Shown here piece by piece: positions 46,894 to 56,164 of a stretch of DNA of 64,000 nucleotides. Position 1 is the stretch's first letter. Every line of letters starts with the position of its first letter. The notes under the pieces are model-generated. The model was not told the DNA's origin, searched no databases, and was given only the letters and a program-made list of their open reading frames with translations. Source of the stretch: Candidatus Saccharimonadota bacterium (GTDB lineage: Bacteria > Patescibacteriota > Saccharimonadia > Saccharimonadales > SLHW01); contig JBJHDA010000001.1 in assembly GCA_050486305.1 (NCBI GenBank), forward strand, positions 371,071 to 435,070. The letters are read 5' to 3'. Made by a program: the position numbers and the translations under genes.

Positions 46894-48363
46894 TTATGAA
46901 AGCTTATCGTTTAATAGCTCTTTAACGCGTGCCGGGTTCGCCTTTCCATGGCTGGCCTGCATCACCCTCCCGACAAGAAAGCCGATAGCCTTTGTCTCGC
47001 CGGCGCGTACGTCCTCTGCTGCTTGTTTATTATCCGCTAGAACTTTATCGATCAGCGCTTCAAGCGCCTTATCGTCAGAAAGCTGAATATAGCCTTGTTG
47101 CTCGGCGTATGCGTTAATGTCTTTCGGACTCGCCCCAGAAAACAATAAATCATGCAGCAGCGCCTTGGCATTCGTCGAGCTAAGCTTATCAGCACTTTGA
47201 AGTGCTTCCACTGACTTATAAATAACCTTTCGCTGTTCTGCTGTTTTTTCCTCGGTCTGCTTGAGAGTCTTATCGTTAGTCCGCGCAGGCACTTCTACCT
47301 GCACCATCAGGTTTGCTATCGTCGCAATTTGTTCTGTAGATACATCAGGATCCACTAGCACTGGTATATACGCCACAGATTCATCCAGTTCAGCCTCTAC
47401 AAGGATTTCAATCTGTTCGTCTGTCAAGCCTCGCTGCTTCAGCTGCTTTCGAGCTTGGTCGGGCATGATAGGAATCGAAGCTTCGACTTTTTTGATGTAC
47501 GCTTCAGATAGCTCAACAGGAGGAATATCCGGCTCAGGAAAATACCGGTAATCATGGGCTTCTTCTTTGCCGCGTTGCGATACCGTCCGCTGCTTGGCTT
47601 CGTCCCACCCTCGTGTTTCTTGCAAAACAGACTCACCTTTCTCGAGCACTGCTGTTTGCCGGCTTATCTCATAGGAGACTGCCCGCTCGACTGAACGGAA
47701 ACTATTAAGATTTTTTGTTTCTGTTCTTGTGCCTAGCTCTCCCGATTTACTAATCGAAACATTGACATCGAACCGCATGTTCCCGTGATATAGGTCGGCA
47801 TCAGAGACCCCTGCATATCGCATCAGCAGATAGAGTTCACGTACATATGCCCGTGCCTCCTTTGCAGAATTCATGACTGGCGCAGAAACAATCTCGAGGA
47901 GTGGCGTGCCTGCACGATTTAAGTCAACCAGACTAAAGTCGCCAACTTGCGGGTGAGTACTTTTACCTGCATCTTCCTCTAGGTGTGCCCGCTCGATATC
48001 TACCCGCTTTACCTGGCCATCTATCATTATGTCTACGTAACCATTACGAATGATCGGATATGCTTGTTGAGTAATCTGGTACCCTTTTGGCAGGTCAGGA
48101 TAAAAATAGTGCTTCCGATCAAACGCGCTATAGCGCTCTGGCTTCGTGCCAAGTGCATATGCAGCTCGACACGCGAGCAGTATTGCTGCCTCATTTAACA
48201 CTGGCAGTGCGCCAGGCATGCCCAGGCAAATATGACTTATATGCTCGTTTGGTCCAGCGGTCCGCGCATCATTATTAACCGGCGCGAATAATTTCGTTGC
48301 GGTTTTTAGCTGCACATGACATTCGATGCCTATCGCTGGAACATACTTATTTTTTTGTGTCAT
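46894..48363 (-). CDS. gatB: Asp-tRNA(Asn)/Glu-tRNA(Gln) amidotransferase subunit B
   Basis: 489 aa; PAIGIECHVQLKT, RFDVNVS, C-terminal YqeY-like domain. Confidence 0.95.
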   Translation of the reverse strand: MTQKNKYVPAIGIECHVQLKTATKLFAPVNNDARTAGPNEHISHICLGMPGALPVLNEAAILLACRAAYALGTKPERYSAFDRKHYFYPDLPKGYQITQQAYPIIRNGYVDIMIDGQVKRVDIERAHLEEDAGKSTHPQVGDFSLVDLNRAGTPLLEIVSAPVMNSAKEARAYVRELYLLMRYAGVSDADLYHGNMRFDVNVSISKSGELGTRTETKNLNSFRSVERAVSYEISRQTAVLEKGESVLQETRGWDEAKQRTVSQRGKEEAHDYRYFPEPDIPPVELSEAYIKKVEASIPIMPDQARKQLKQRGLTDEQIEILVEAELDESVAYIPVLVDPDVSTEQIATIANLMVQVEVPARTNDKTLKQTEEKTAEQRKVIYKSVEALQSADKLSSTNAKALLHDLLFSGASPKDINAYAEQQGYIQLSDDKALEALIDKVLADNKQAAEDVRAGETKAIGFLVGRVMQASHGKANPARVKELLNDKLS

Positions 48364-48787
48364 TTTCTAATGCTCCTAGGTCACGTAGTGCTTGCCGAAA
48401 GCCTACAAGCGCCTGTTTAACTTCTGGCTCCTTAAGTACCTTCTCTGGTTGCTCACTTAACTTCTTGGTTAGGTTATGCGCATACCAGACAGCATCGTTA
48501 TCGCTGAAGCGTCGTTGGGCTGAAACAATTCGTTCACCCATCTTCTTGCCCTTAAACCGTCGTTTCCGTAATGCGTCATCAAGCAGTTTATCTGCACGTT
48601 GGACTGCTTCTGGCCAGGTATCCGGATGCTTGCATAGTTTTTGTAGATCAGACCATTTCGCTTGGAATTTTTGAGTATTGAGCCGACGCGGGATTTTTTT
48701 GTACGCATACCGTGCGACTAAACCAAACACCAGAAAAGCGACGAAACCCGCAGCGATTGCAATTTGCGCCTCAAAACTTAAGTTCAT
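48347..48787 (-). CDS. hypothetical membrane-anchored protein (146 aa) inserted between gatA and gatB
   Basis: ATGA overlap with the gatA stop, 17-nt overlap with the gatB start, GAGGA 9 nt upstream; N-terminal TM (IAIAAGFVAFLVFGLVA). No family recognised. Confidence 0.65.
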   Translation of the reverse strand: MNLSFEAQIAIAAGFVAFLVFGLVARYAYKKIPRRLNTQKFQAKWSDLQKLCKHPDTWPEAVQRADKLLDDALRKRRFKGKKMGERIVSAQRRFSDNDAVWYAHNLTKKLSEQPEKVLKEPEVKQALVGFRQALRDLGALENDTKK

Positions 48788-50217
48788 ACGAGTATTTCCT
48801 CGACTTGGTTAGCGAGAGCGAGCAGGGATCGATCACTACGCTGTGGTGCTAAAAGCTGCAGTCCTATAGGCAGACCATCATGAAGACCGGAGGGTATACT
48901 TATCGCCGGAAGTCCAGCTAAGTTTGCAGCAACAGTTAAAATATCCGTCAAGTACATCTGGATTGGATCCTTCGTATTTTCACCGATTTTAAATGCTGTT
49001 GTTGGGGCCGTTGGCCCAAGTAACAAATCATACGAAGCAAATGCTTCCTCAAATTCCTGTATTAACTTCGTGCGCACCTGCTGTGCACGCTTATAGTATG
49101 CATCGTAAAACCCGCTCGAAAGCACATACGTTCCTATCATAATCCGACGCTTTGCCTCCATACCAAAACCATTAGAGCGGCTCAACGTATAAGACTCTTC
49201 GAGTGTTTTTGCGCTCTGATCTACATACCCATATCGCTGCCCATCATAGCGAGATAAATTGCTGCTTATTTCAGCTGGAGCAATAACGTAATAGCACGCC
49301 AAAGAAAGCGGGAGGGTCGGCAGCGATATGCGCTCGACGATTGCACCTTGTTCTCTAATTTTACTGCAGGCACGTTCCGTCGCATCCGCAATATGCTTAG
49401 GCAACGAATCTGGCATATACTCATCAATGATACCGATTTTTTTCCCTTGTAATTCAAGCCCTTTAAATTCTGTGTACGGTTCCGGATCGCGTTCGATTGT
49501 CGTGCCGTCCCACTGATCGGTTCCTGCCATGCAGTCAAGTACAAGTGCTGCATCAGCAGTCGACCGAGCCAGAGGACCAATAACATCAGTGCTGCTCGCC
49601 ATAGCTACTACCCCGTTTCGCGAAACAAGTCCATACGTTGGCTTATAGCCCACTACACCACAAAATGCAGCAGGTAACCGAATAGAGCCACCGGTATCCG
49701 TACCGAGGGCGAACGGAGCTAATGATAGTGCAACCGCTGCTGCAGAGCCACCGGATGAGCCACCAGGAACCCTCGTCTCATCGTAAGGGTTCTTCGTTGT
49801 AAACCAGTCGCTATTTTCCGTACTTGACCCATGAGCAAAAGCATCAAGATTTGCCTTCGCTACGCATATCGCCCCCTCGGCTTCAAGCCGCTCGATAGCA
49901 GTTGACTGATATGGCGCTTGAAAATTGCGCAGCATGTTGCTTGCTGCTGTGCTGGCACCATCAAATGCCAAAAAATTGTCCTTTACTATAAATGGAACTC
50001 CCGCGAGCCGGCCAGGATTATCACCGTTGCGTATCATTTTGTCTATGGATTCAGCACGCTTCATTGCCCGAGTTTCGCACGTAGAAATAATTGCTTGATA
50101 CGATTGTTTCGCTGCAATCTCGTCAAGCGACCGCTTGACGAGGTCAGCTGCGCCTACTTTGCCAGTCTTGACGTCTTCAGCGAGCAAACGTATCGGCATC
50201 CACTCTGCCTGACTCAT
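48784..50217 (-). CDS. gatA: Asp-tRNA(Asn)/Glu-tRNA(Gln) amidotransferase subunit A
   Basis: Amidase signature GGSSGGSAAAVA, catalytic Ser/Lys context; ATGA overlap with gatC. Confidence 0.95.
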   Translation of the reverse strand: MSQAEWMPIRLLAEDVKTGKVGAADLVKRSLDEIAAKQSYQAIISTCETRAMKRAESIDKMIRNGDNPGRLAGVPFIVKDNFLAFDGASTAASNMLRNFQAPYQSTAIERLEAEGAICVAKANLDAFAHGSSTENSDWFTTKNPYDETRVPGGSSGGSAAAVALSLAPFALGTDTGGSIRLPAAFCGVVGYKPTYGLVSRNGVVAMASSTDVIGPLARSTADAALVLDCMAGTDQWDGTTIERDPEPYTEFKGLELQGKKIGIIDEYMPDSLPKHIADATERACSKIREQGAIVERISLPTLPLSLACYYVIAPAEISSNLSRYDGQRYGYVDQSAKTLEESYTLSRSNGFGMEAKRRIMIGTYVLSSGFYDAYYKRAQQVRTKLIQEFEEAFASYDLLLGPTAPTTAFKIGENTKDPIQMYLTDILTVAANLAGLPAISIPSGLHDGLPIGLQLLAPQRSDRSLLALANQVEEILV

Positions 50218-50510
50218 GTGAGCACTCGCTTTACCTTAATGTAGCCGTCTTTCGTAACCTGTGGTGTATTTTGCATTACCTGTGTCTTGTCATAAGGAAG
50301 TGCGGAAATCGTATCAGGTCGCGTTACGTTCTTTAAGCCGGTTACTTGCGAGGTTGGTGGAAGCTCGGATACATCGACCTCCTGCAGCTGCTCAACGTAT
50401 GACAGTATGGTACTTATCTCGTCTTGAAAACGGACAATTTCTTCATCGCTCAGTTGCACTCGGGCAAGTTGAGCCAAATGTAATACATCTTGCTTTTTTA
50501 GCTTCGCCAT
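50214..50510 (-). CDS. gatC: Asp-tRNA(Asn)/Glu-tRNA(Gln) amidotransferase subunit C
   Basis: 98 aa; LAQLARVQLSDEE...ILSYVEQL pattern. TATACT 7 nt upstream of the ATG. Confidence 0.9.
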   Translation of the reverse strand: MAKLKKQDVLHLAQLARVQLSDEEIVRFQDEISTILSYVEQLQEVDVSELPPTSQVTGLKNVTRPDTISALPYDKTQVMQNTPQVTKDGYIKVKRVLT

Positions 50511-50531
50511 TTTATCTAGTATACCAAATAA

Positions 50532-52502
50532 TTACGTTGATCGTTTCAGTTCATCAATAGTGTCTCGAAGTTCGGCGGCTTTTTCAAATTCCAAATTCTT
50601 AGCGGCCAGATCCATCTGTTTGGTCAAGTCGTCAATGATACTTGGCACCTCATCTTTTGGTACTTTCTTGATATCTTTCCGTAGCGCTTTAGTTTGTTCA
50701 CTTACAGTAACGCCCACCTGCATCGTCTCACCGATCGCTTTACGTATCCCGGCGGGTGTGATCTTGTGTTTTTTATTGTGTGCTTCCTGTATTTTTCTTC
50801 GGCGGTCTGTCTCGTCGATTGCGCTTTTCATACTCTTCGTTATGCTATCGGCGTACATTACAACCCTGCCATGCTCGTGTCTGGCAGCACGTCCGATAGT
50901 TTGTACAAGAGCCTGTTCACTTCGAAGGAACCCCTCCTTATCCGCGTCAAGTATCGCAACCAGACTGACTTCTGGCAGGTCAATTCCTTCACGTAAAAGG
51001 TTTATGCCTACCACAACATCATATACACCAAGCCGAAGATCACGTAATATGTCTGTCCTGTCGAGGGTCTCTACGTCACTATGGAGATACGCTACCTTGA
51101 TGTTTAACTCATGCAAATACTCCGTCAGGTCTTCGGCCATTCGTTTTGTTAACGTTGTTACGAGCACTCGTTCACCTGCTTTTACTGTTTCACGTATCTC
51201 GTCGATTAAGTCATCAATCTGACCGTCTATTGGCCGGACATCAATAACGGGGTCAAGTAAACCAGTTGGGCGGATGATTTGTTCGGTTGGCTCCGGGCTT
51301 AGACGTAACTCATACTCAGCAGGGGTCGCACTGACGTAAATAGCCTGATTCACGTGCTTTTCAAACTCAGTAAATGTTAACGGCCTGTTGTCAAGCGCAC
51401 TTGGCAGGCGAAACCCGTGCTCCACCAAAACTTCCTTCCTTGCCCTGTCGCCGTTGTACATACCCCGAATTTGCGGAATCGTCATGTGCGACTCGTCAAT
51501 AAACAGCAGATAATCATCAGGAAAATAATCAAGCAGCGTAGCTGGTTGCTCACCTGGCTCACGATTTGTCAGATAACGGCTGTAGTTTTCGATCCCCTTA
51601 ACAAACCCTGTCTCCTGCAGCATTTCAAGGTCAAAGCGTGTACGTTGCTCCAGCCGCTGCGCCTCAAGCAGCATGTTATTTTTTTTGAAATAACGTAAAC
51701 GTTCATCAAGCTCTTTTTCGATTTTTTCAATCGCATGATGCAGTTTTTCTTGCGGTGTTACATAGTGACTGCTAGGGAATATGGCAATCGCTGACTCAGG
51801 AGACAAGATTTCACCCGTAAGCGGATTTATCTTTGTAATACGATCTATTACATCGGCAAAAAACTCGACCCTATATGCCACTTCTTCGCCCGCAGGAAAA
51901 ATATCAACTACGTCGCCGCGAACGCGAAAAATTCCTCGTGCAAAATCCACGTCGTTCCTTGTATATTGTATATCTGTCAGCTGCCGCAACAGCTTATCAC
52001 GTACCCTACGCTCACCTGTCTTGATGCGCACCGCCATGTGGTCATAATCTTCAACAGAACCTATGCCATAAATGCAGCTCACACTTGCAACGATAATGAC
52101 ATCTTTACGACTCAACAATGCATCGGTTGAAGCATGACGCAGGCGATCGATTTCTTCGTTTATTTGACTATCTTTTTCAATATAGGTGTCTGATCGAGGT
52201 ATATACGCTTCTGGCTGATAGTAATCAAAATAACTCACAAAATAATGCACAGCGTTATCTGGGAAATAAGTTTTAAATTCATTAAATAACTGGGCTGCGA
52301 GAGTTTTATTATGGCTCAAAACGAGAGTGGGCCGCTGCTGCTTTTGTATAACATTAGCCATAGTAAACGTCTTGCCGGAGCCGGTTACACCAAGTAGCAC
52401 CTGGTGTTTTTTTTGCTCGTCCAAGCCCTCGCTCAACGCTTTTATTGCAGCCGGTTGATCACCTGCCGGCTTATAATTTGGTAAAAGTTGAAAGCTCGCC
52501 AT
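50532..52502 (-). CDS. uvrB: excinuclease ABC subunit B
   Basis: 656 aa; [12 protein letters not shown] box, C-terminal UVR domain ([11 protein letters not shown]). Confidence 0.96.
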   Translation of the reverse strand: MASFQLLPNYKPAGDQPAAIKALSEGLDEQKKHQVLLGVTGSGKTFTMANVIQKQQRPTLVLSHNKTLAAQLFNEFKTYFPDNAVHYFVSYFDYYQPEAYIPRSDTYIEKDSQINEEIDRLRHASTDALLSRKDVIIVASVSCIYGIGSVEDYDHMAVRIKTGERRVRDKLLRQLTDIQYTRNDVDFARGIFRVRGDVVDIFPAGEEVAYRVEFFADVIDRITKINPLTGEILSPESAIAIFPSSHYVTPQEKLHHAIEKIEKELDERLRYFKKNNMLLEAQRLEQRTRFDLEMLQETGFVKGIENYSRYLTNREPGEQPATLLDYFPDDYLLFIDESHMTIPQIRGMYNGDRARKEVLVEHGFRLPSALDNRPLTFTEFEKHVNQAIYVSATPAEYELRLSPEPTEQIIRPTGLLDPVIDVRPIDGQIDDLIDEIRETVKAGERVLVTTLTKRMAEDLTEYLHELNIKVAYLHSDVETLDRTDILRDLRLGVYDVVVGINLLREGIDLPEVSLVAILDADKEGFLRSEQALVQTIGRAARHEHGRVVMYADSITKSMKSAIDETDRRRKIQEAHNKKHKITPAGIRKAIGETMQVGVTVSEQTKALRKDIKKVPKDEVPSIIDDLTKQMDLAAKNLEFEKAAELRDTIDELKRST

Positions 52503-52516
52503 GTCTGAATGCCATT

Positions 52517-52732
52517 CTATTCAATCTGTGACTGGTTCACAAATGTATTTTCATCTGCGATGCATTGTTCTGGATACGTTAATATGATCGGATATCCTGC
52601 ATTCCGACATTCATCGAATGATGTAATTTCGCTCCTCGTAGCTTGCCCGTACAGCAAACTGAGGCCAGCTACTATGATGCAAATAACCAGCAGCGCAACA
52701 ATTATCTTTGCTGGCAATTCATTTTTTTGCAT
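52517..52732 (-). CDS. hypothetical small membrane-anchored protein (71 aa)
   Basis: Single TM ([18 protein letters not shown]) then a 40-aa tail with 2 Cys; 6 nt after the upstream ORF421 stop. No family recognised. Confidence 0.45.
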   Translation of the reverse strand: MQKNELPAKIIVALLVICIIVAGLSLLYGQATRSEITSFDECRNAGYPIILTYPEQCIADENTFVNQSQIE

Positions 52733-52738
52733 ACTGCG

Positions 52739-54004
52739 TTATCGTCCACCAGTAGAACTGACTGTAAAATCGTGCAGTTCAATACTGCCTCCAGCCAACT
52801 CACGTAAAAGCTGTGAGCGCACGTGAGACCCTTGTCCGATATACCTGAATAATATTTCGTCCCATAAGGCAGACTGCATGTTTGCTGTCGTTCTCTGCTC
52901 GCAAGACAAATTGTTTGAACAGTTGATAATCCCATCGAGTAAATTAAAAGAAACCGGACGGGAAGCGCCATCAAACAAAAAACCAGCGTACTCCTTCCCG
53001 TGCCAAAAACTTAGCGCTGGCTCAATATTCATGAGTATGTCTTCAACTTTGCGAAAAGCAAAATCTTCAACCGTGAGATGCGGCTCAAAAAATTCTGGAT
53101 GTTCTACAGGGTCAATATTAGCAAAGTGATTATGCAGCACTCGCCAATGCACCGAGATGTCTGAGACTTTTTTCTGCATTGAATCACGATCAGTAACAGC
53201 AAGTGCAATCTTCTCGCCGAAGCTTTGCTCCATTTGCTGCAGCTTAAAATACGAGGAGTATATCCGAAGCTCCTGCATTGCTATCAGTGTCAGCGTCAAG
53301 AGCGCTAGGTGCAAAGCTGTCCAGTTTTTCTGCGGCAAAGGCAATAACACTACTGCTCCAAGCTCTTTCACATTTACTATATTTGATTGAAGCTTGGAGC
53401 TAAGCGACAAACCAAGCTCCCCCCAATAACGAGATGACGGGAGATGGAAGCTTATGGCTCGCTCTTCAAAATCCGTTGGCATGAGACCGTTGTATTGCTC
53501 GTAGTAGCGGCGCATCCAGGCATCACTCTCCATATGCATCGCAACAGCAAGTACATGAACAACCGGCTCTCGTTTTAACATTGATTCTACAGAACGATAG
53601 CCAAGCTTTTTCATAGAGCGCCTCGGCGGTTTTTCTTTTAGCAAGCGCTTGATAACACTATGTTTAGCCACCCATACCTGTTTGGGAATGTTCAATTTTT
53701 GCACGTAGTGATGAACGTTCTTAAGTATTTTTGTAGCGTCATCACTTTGATTATGATTAATGTGTTTTGCAATAAACTCGTCGTGCTTCTTTATATACGC
53801 GCATAATCCCGCGTATACTTCTTTTTCATTGCTGTCCTTCGGATCAAGGCCAAGCGACTTCAGAGTTAATTGATTTTTTCCAATAATTTCTGCTGAAAGG
53901 CGAACGTCTACCCCGGTCTGTCCTGTTGCATTTTCTAGCTTCTGGAATACATCGTGTATAGCGGAATCTGATATACCGAGCAGCTTATTTAAGTGTTGCG
54001 CCAT
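52739..54004 (-). CDS. hypothetical protein (421 aa), no recognisable domain
   Basis: Long uninterrupted ORF with GGGAG upstream, in the same orientation as its neighbours; composition is typical of a real soluble protein. Confidence 0.6.
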   Translation of the reverse strand: MAQHLNKLLGISDSAIHDVFQKLENATGQTGVDVRLSAEIIGKNQLTLKSLGLDPKDSNEKEVYAGLCAYIKKHDEFIAKHINHNQSDDATKILKNVHHYVQKLNIPKQVWVAKHSVIKRLLKEKPPRRSMKKLGYRSVESMLKREPVVHVLAVAMHMESDAWMRRYYEQYNGLMPTDFEERAISFHLPSSRYWGELGLSLSSKLQSNIVNVKELGAVVLLPLPQKNWTALHLALLTLTLIAMQELRIYSSYFKLQQMEQSFGEKIALAVTDRDSMQKKVSDISVHWRVLHNHFANIDPVEHPEFFEPHLTVEDFAFRKVEDILMNIEPALSFWHGKEYAGFLFDGASRPVSFNLLDGIINCSNNLSCEQRTTANMQSALWDEILFRYIGQGSHVRSQLLRELAGGSIELHDFTVSSTGGR

Positions 54005-54098
54005 AGTAGCTCATCTCCCGCTTAGTACCAACAGAAACTAAAGATAAACTATGTAGATCAGGCAGTACTAGGAATATACCCATGCAATATCCCCTAGC

Positions 54099-55097
54099 TC
54101 AAAACGGTTCTGGGCGATACCAGTCAGGTGACTTTTCTAAAAACTCTTCAAGCTCTGCCTGTGTCAGCAGCCCGTCCTGAGCACCAACGTGCTGTACAAC
54201 GTTCATTGAGTTTATCGGCGCCCACTGCAACGCACCCTCAAGAGTATTACCCTTAACGAGTGCTGCAACAAATGTTGAGGCAAATGCATCGCCTGCGCCT
54301 GTACGCTCCTTTGGCGGTTCAGGATCCGGATAAAGTGGCATCTTGAGCCTCGTCTCGCCATCACTCGCATAAGCACCGTCGGGGCCATCTGTGATAACTA
54401 CAATTTTCGGACCATAAGAATGAAGCCGATTCATTAAATCATGCAGATCATTGTAGTCACCGCCGGACACTAAGACAGCCTCTTCACGATTCAATATAAG
54501 AACTTCTGTATGCTGGTATATCTTATTCAATCTCTCAACGCCAGCCTTCATCTGGAATGTCCCGGGTTGAAAAGCCAGCTTAACATCAGGATTTTCATCA
54601 AGCCATTCCGCTAATTCGTCATGAAAGCCGACAGCATTTTCACTTATAGAACTAAAGTATATCCACTTTGGCACTTCACTTGGCTTCAGCTTCGGCCAGT
54701 GGTATTCATACTCTTCGTGCTTAATGAGTATCGTACGCTCCTCTTTATACCAGAGAACGTAGTGGTAGTTGCTCATTTTACCCGGATTTATCCGAACGAG
54801 CCGAGTATCTACATTTTCATTGTGTAGCTTTTCTATTATATCTCTGCCTGCTTGGTCACCCCCAACGTTCGCCTCTAAGGCGCTTGATACGCCAAGCCTT
54901 GCAAAACTAACGGAAGCGTTTGACGCATTACCAACAGCAATTTTTTCTTCAACGTGGTCAAAAGGTATTTTACTCCCGTACTGCATGGCGATCCATGACC
55001 CATGCTCATTCTCATAGACATGAGCTTGATCATCAAGCAGTTTAATAAAAGCGTCGGTTACCACATCACCGACCGACAAGACATCAATTTGTTTCAT
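54099..55097 (-). CDS. PfkB family carbohydrate kinase
   Basis: N-terminal VGDVVTD and C-terminal TGAGDAFASTFVAAL signatures of the ribokinase/PfkB family; AAGGTGGG upstream. Confidence 0.8.
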   Translation of the reverse strand: MKQIDVLSVGDVVTDAFIKLLDDQAHVYENEHGSWIAMQYGSKIPFDHVEEKIAVGNASNASVSFARLGVSSALEANVGGDQAGRDIIEKLHNENVDTRLVRINPGKMSNYHYVLWYKEERTILIKHEEYEYHWPKLKPSEVPKWIYFSSISENAVGFHDELAEWLDENPDVKLAFQPGTFQMKAGVERLNKIYQHTEVLILNREEAVLVSGGDYNDLHDLMNRLHSYGPKIVVITDGPDGAYASDGETRLKMPLYPDPEPPKERTGAGDAFASTFVAALVKGNTLEGALQWAPINSMNVVQHVGAQDGLLTQAELEEFLEKSPDWYRPEPF

Positions 55098-55142
55098 TTT
55101 CCCACCTTACCTTTTAACTGACTTTTTGGTTATGCTTTTAGT

Positions 55143-56060
55143 TTAACATGCCTTAACAGCTTTTCCAGCACTGTTAAATAAATCGATTTTCGATTCTACT
55201 ACGTCTTGCACGGCATCAATTACATTATCCATTAACTTTACAACTGCGTATTCGCTGGGGTTGTCAGCCAACATTTTTTCTAAGGTTTTTCGGTACGCGA
55301 CCCGCATATCAGAGTTTATGTTTACCTTAGCTACCCCAATCTTAACCGCATCGATAAAGTAGTGTCCCGGAGTCCCGCTCCCGCCATGCAAACTAATATT
55401 GCAGCCGATAGCGTCACGAATGGCCTGAAGCAGCTCAAGGTCAAGCTTTTTGGGCACTGGATATTTGCCATGCAAATTCCCTACGGCTGCGGCAAACGTA
55501 TCAACTCCAGTTGCCTCAACGAAGGCTGCAGTACCTTCCGGTGTACTGAAAGTCTTTTTTATTTCATCGTAGTCTATCGCTTCTTCGTGCAAATTCGATG
55601 AACCTCCAAAATAATGTGGTTCGCTCTCTACGAGCGCGCCCGTTAATTTAGCGTAGTCAACAACCTGTTTTGTGCCAGCGATAATCTCTTCGTCAGACGC
55701 GTCTTTTTTGGCTTGCGAAATATCAATATGCACAAACTCAAAGCCGGCCTCAATTCCCTTAATTGCATCTTCTACGGTTGGACTGTGGTCAAGATTGACA
55801 TACATCTCTACATCAAACTCTTCCTTGTAGTTATCAACCATGTCACGGACATTATCTATACCGATGGCGTTTACTTCACCTTGACTGACTTCTACCATAA
55901 CCGGGGCATTTTTTTTCTTAGCGGCGCGTGCAATCGCAACCAGAGTTTCTTGGTTGTCAATATTAAATGCGCCTATAGCAAACTTTTCTTTTTTGGCGCG
56001 CTCCATCGCTTCACGAGCCAGCGCACAGTTTTGTCTCATCTGCTGTAATGTTTGTGGCAT
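55143..56060 (-). CDS. fba: class II fructose-bisphosphate aldolase
   Basis: AIGAFNIDNQE, NLDHS, LHGGSG motifs. Start set to ATG 56060 (TATACT 8 nt upstream) instead of TTG 56069. Confidence 0.88.
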   Translation of the reverse strand: MPQTLQQMRQNCALAREAMERAKKEKFAIGAFNIDNQETLVAIARAAKKKNAPVMVEVSQGEVNAIGIDNVRDMVDNYKEEFDVEMYVNLDHSPTVEDAIKGIEAGFEFVHIDISQAKKDASDEEIIAGTKQVVDYAKLTGALVESEPHYFGGSSNLHEEAIDYDEIKKTFSTPEGTAAFVEATGVDTFAAAVGNLHGKYPVPKKLDLELLQAIRDAIGCNISLHGGSGTPGHYFIDAVKIGVAKVNINSDMRVAYRKTLEKMLADNPSEYAVVKLMDNVIDAVQDVVESKIDLFNSAGKAVKAC

Positions 56061-56164
56061 ATAAGGCAAGTATACAAAAGATGCTTATGGTTTTAAAATC
56101 GAATTTTTTTATTAACCTATGGTTTTACTAAAAGCGTTTTTCATTTACAAAAAACTGTAGCAAA

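Noticed and set aside
50560-51222. 220-aa plus-strand ORF (plus the 100-aa ORF at 50694..50996) inside uvrB
   Set aside because: It lies entirely antisense to a well-supported uvrB CDS. The product is a low-complexity Ser/Arg/Leu-rich shadow translation, with no SD or promoter-like start context. This is a typical antisense artefact.
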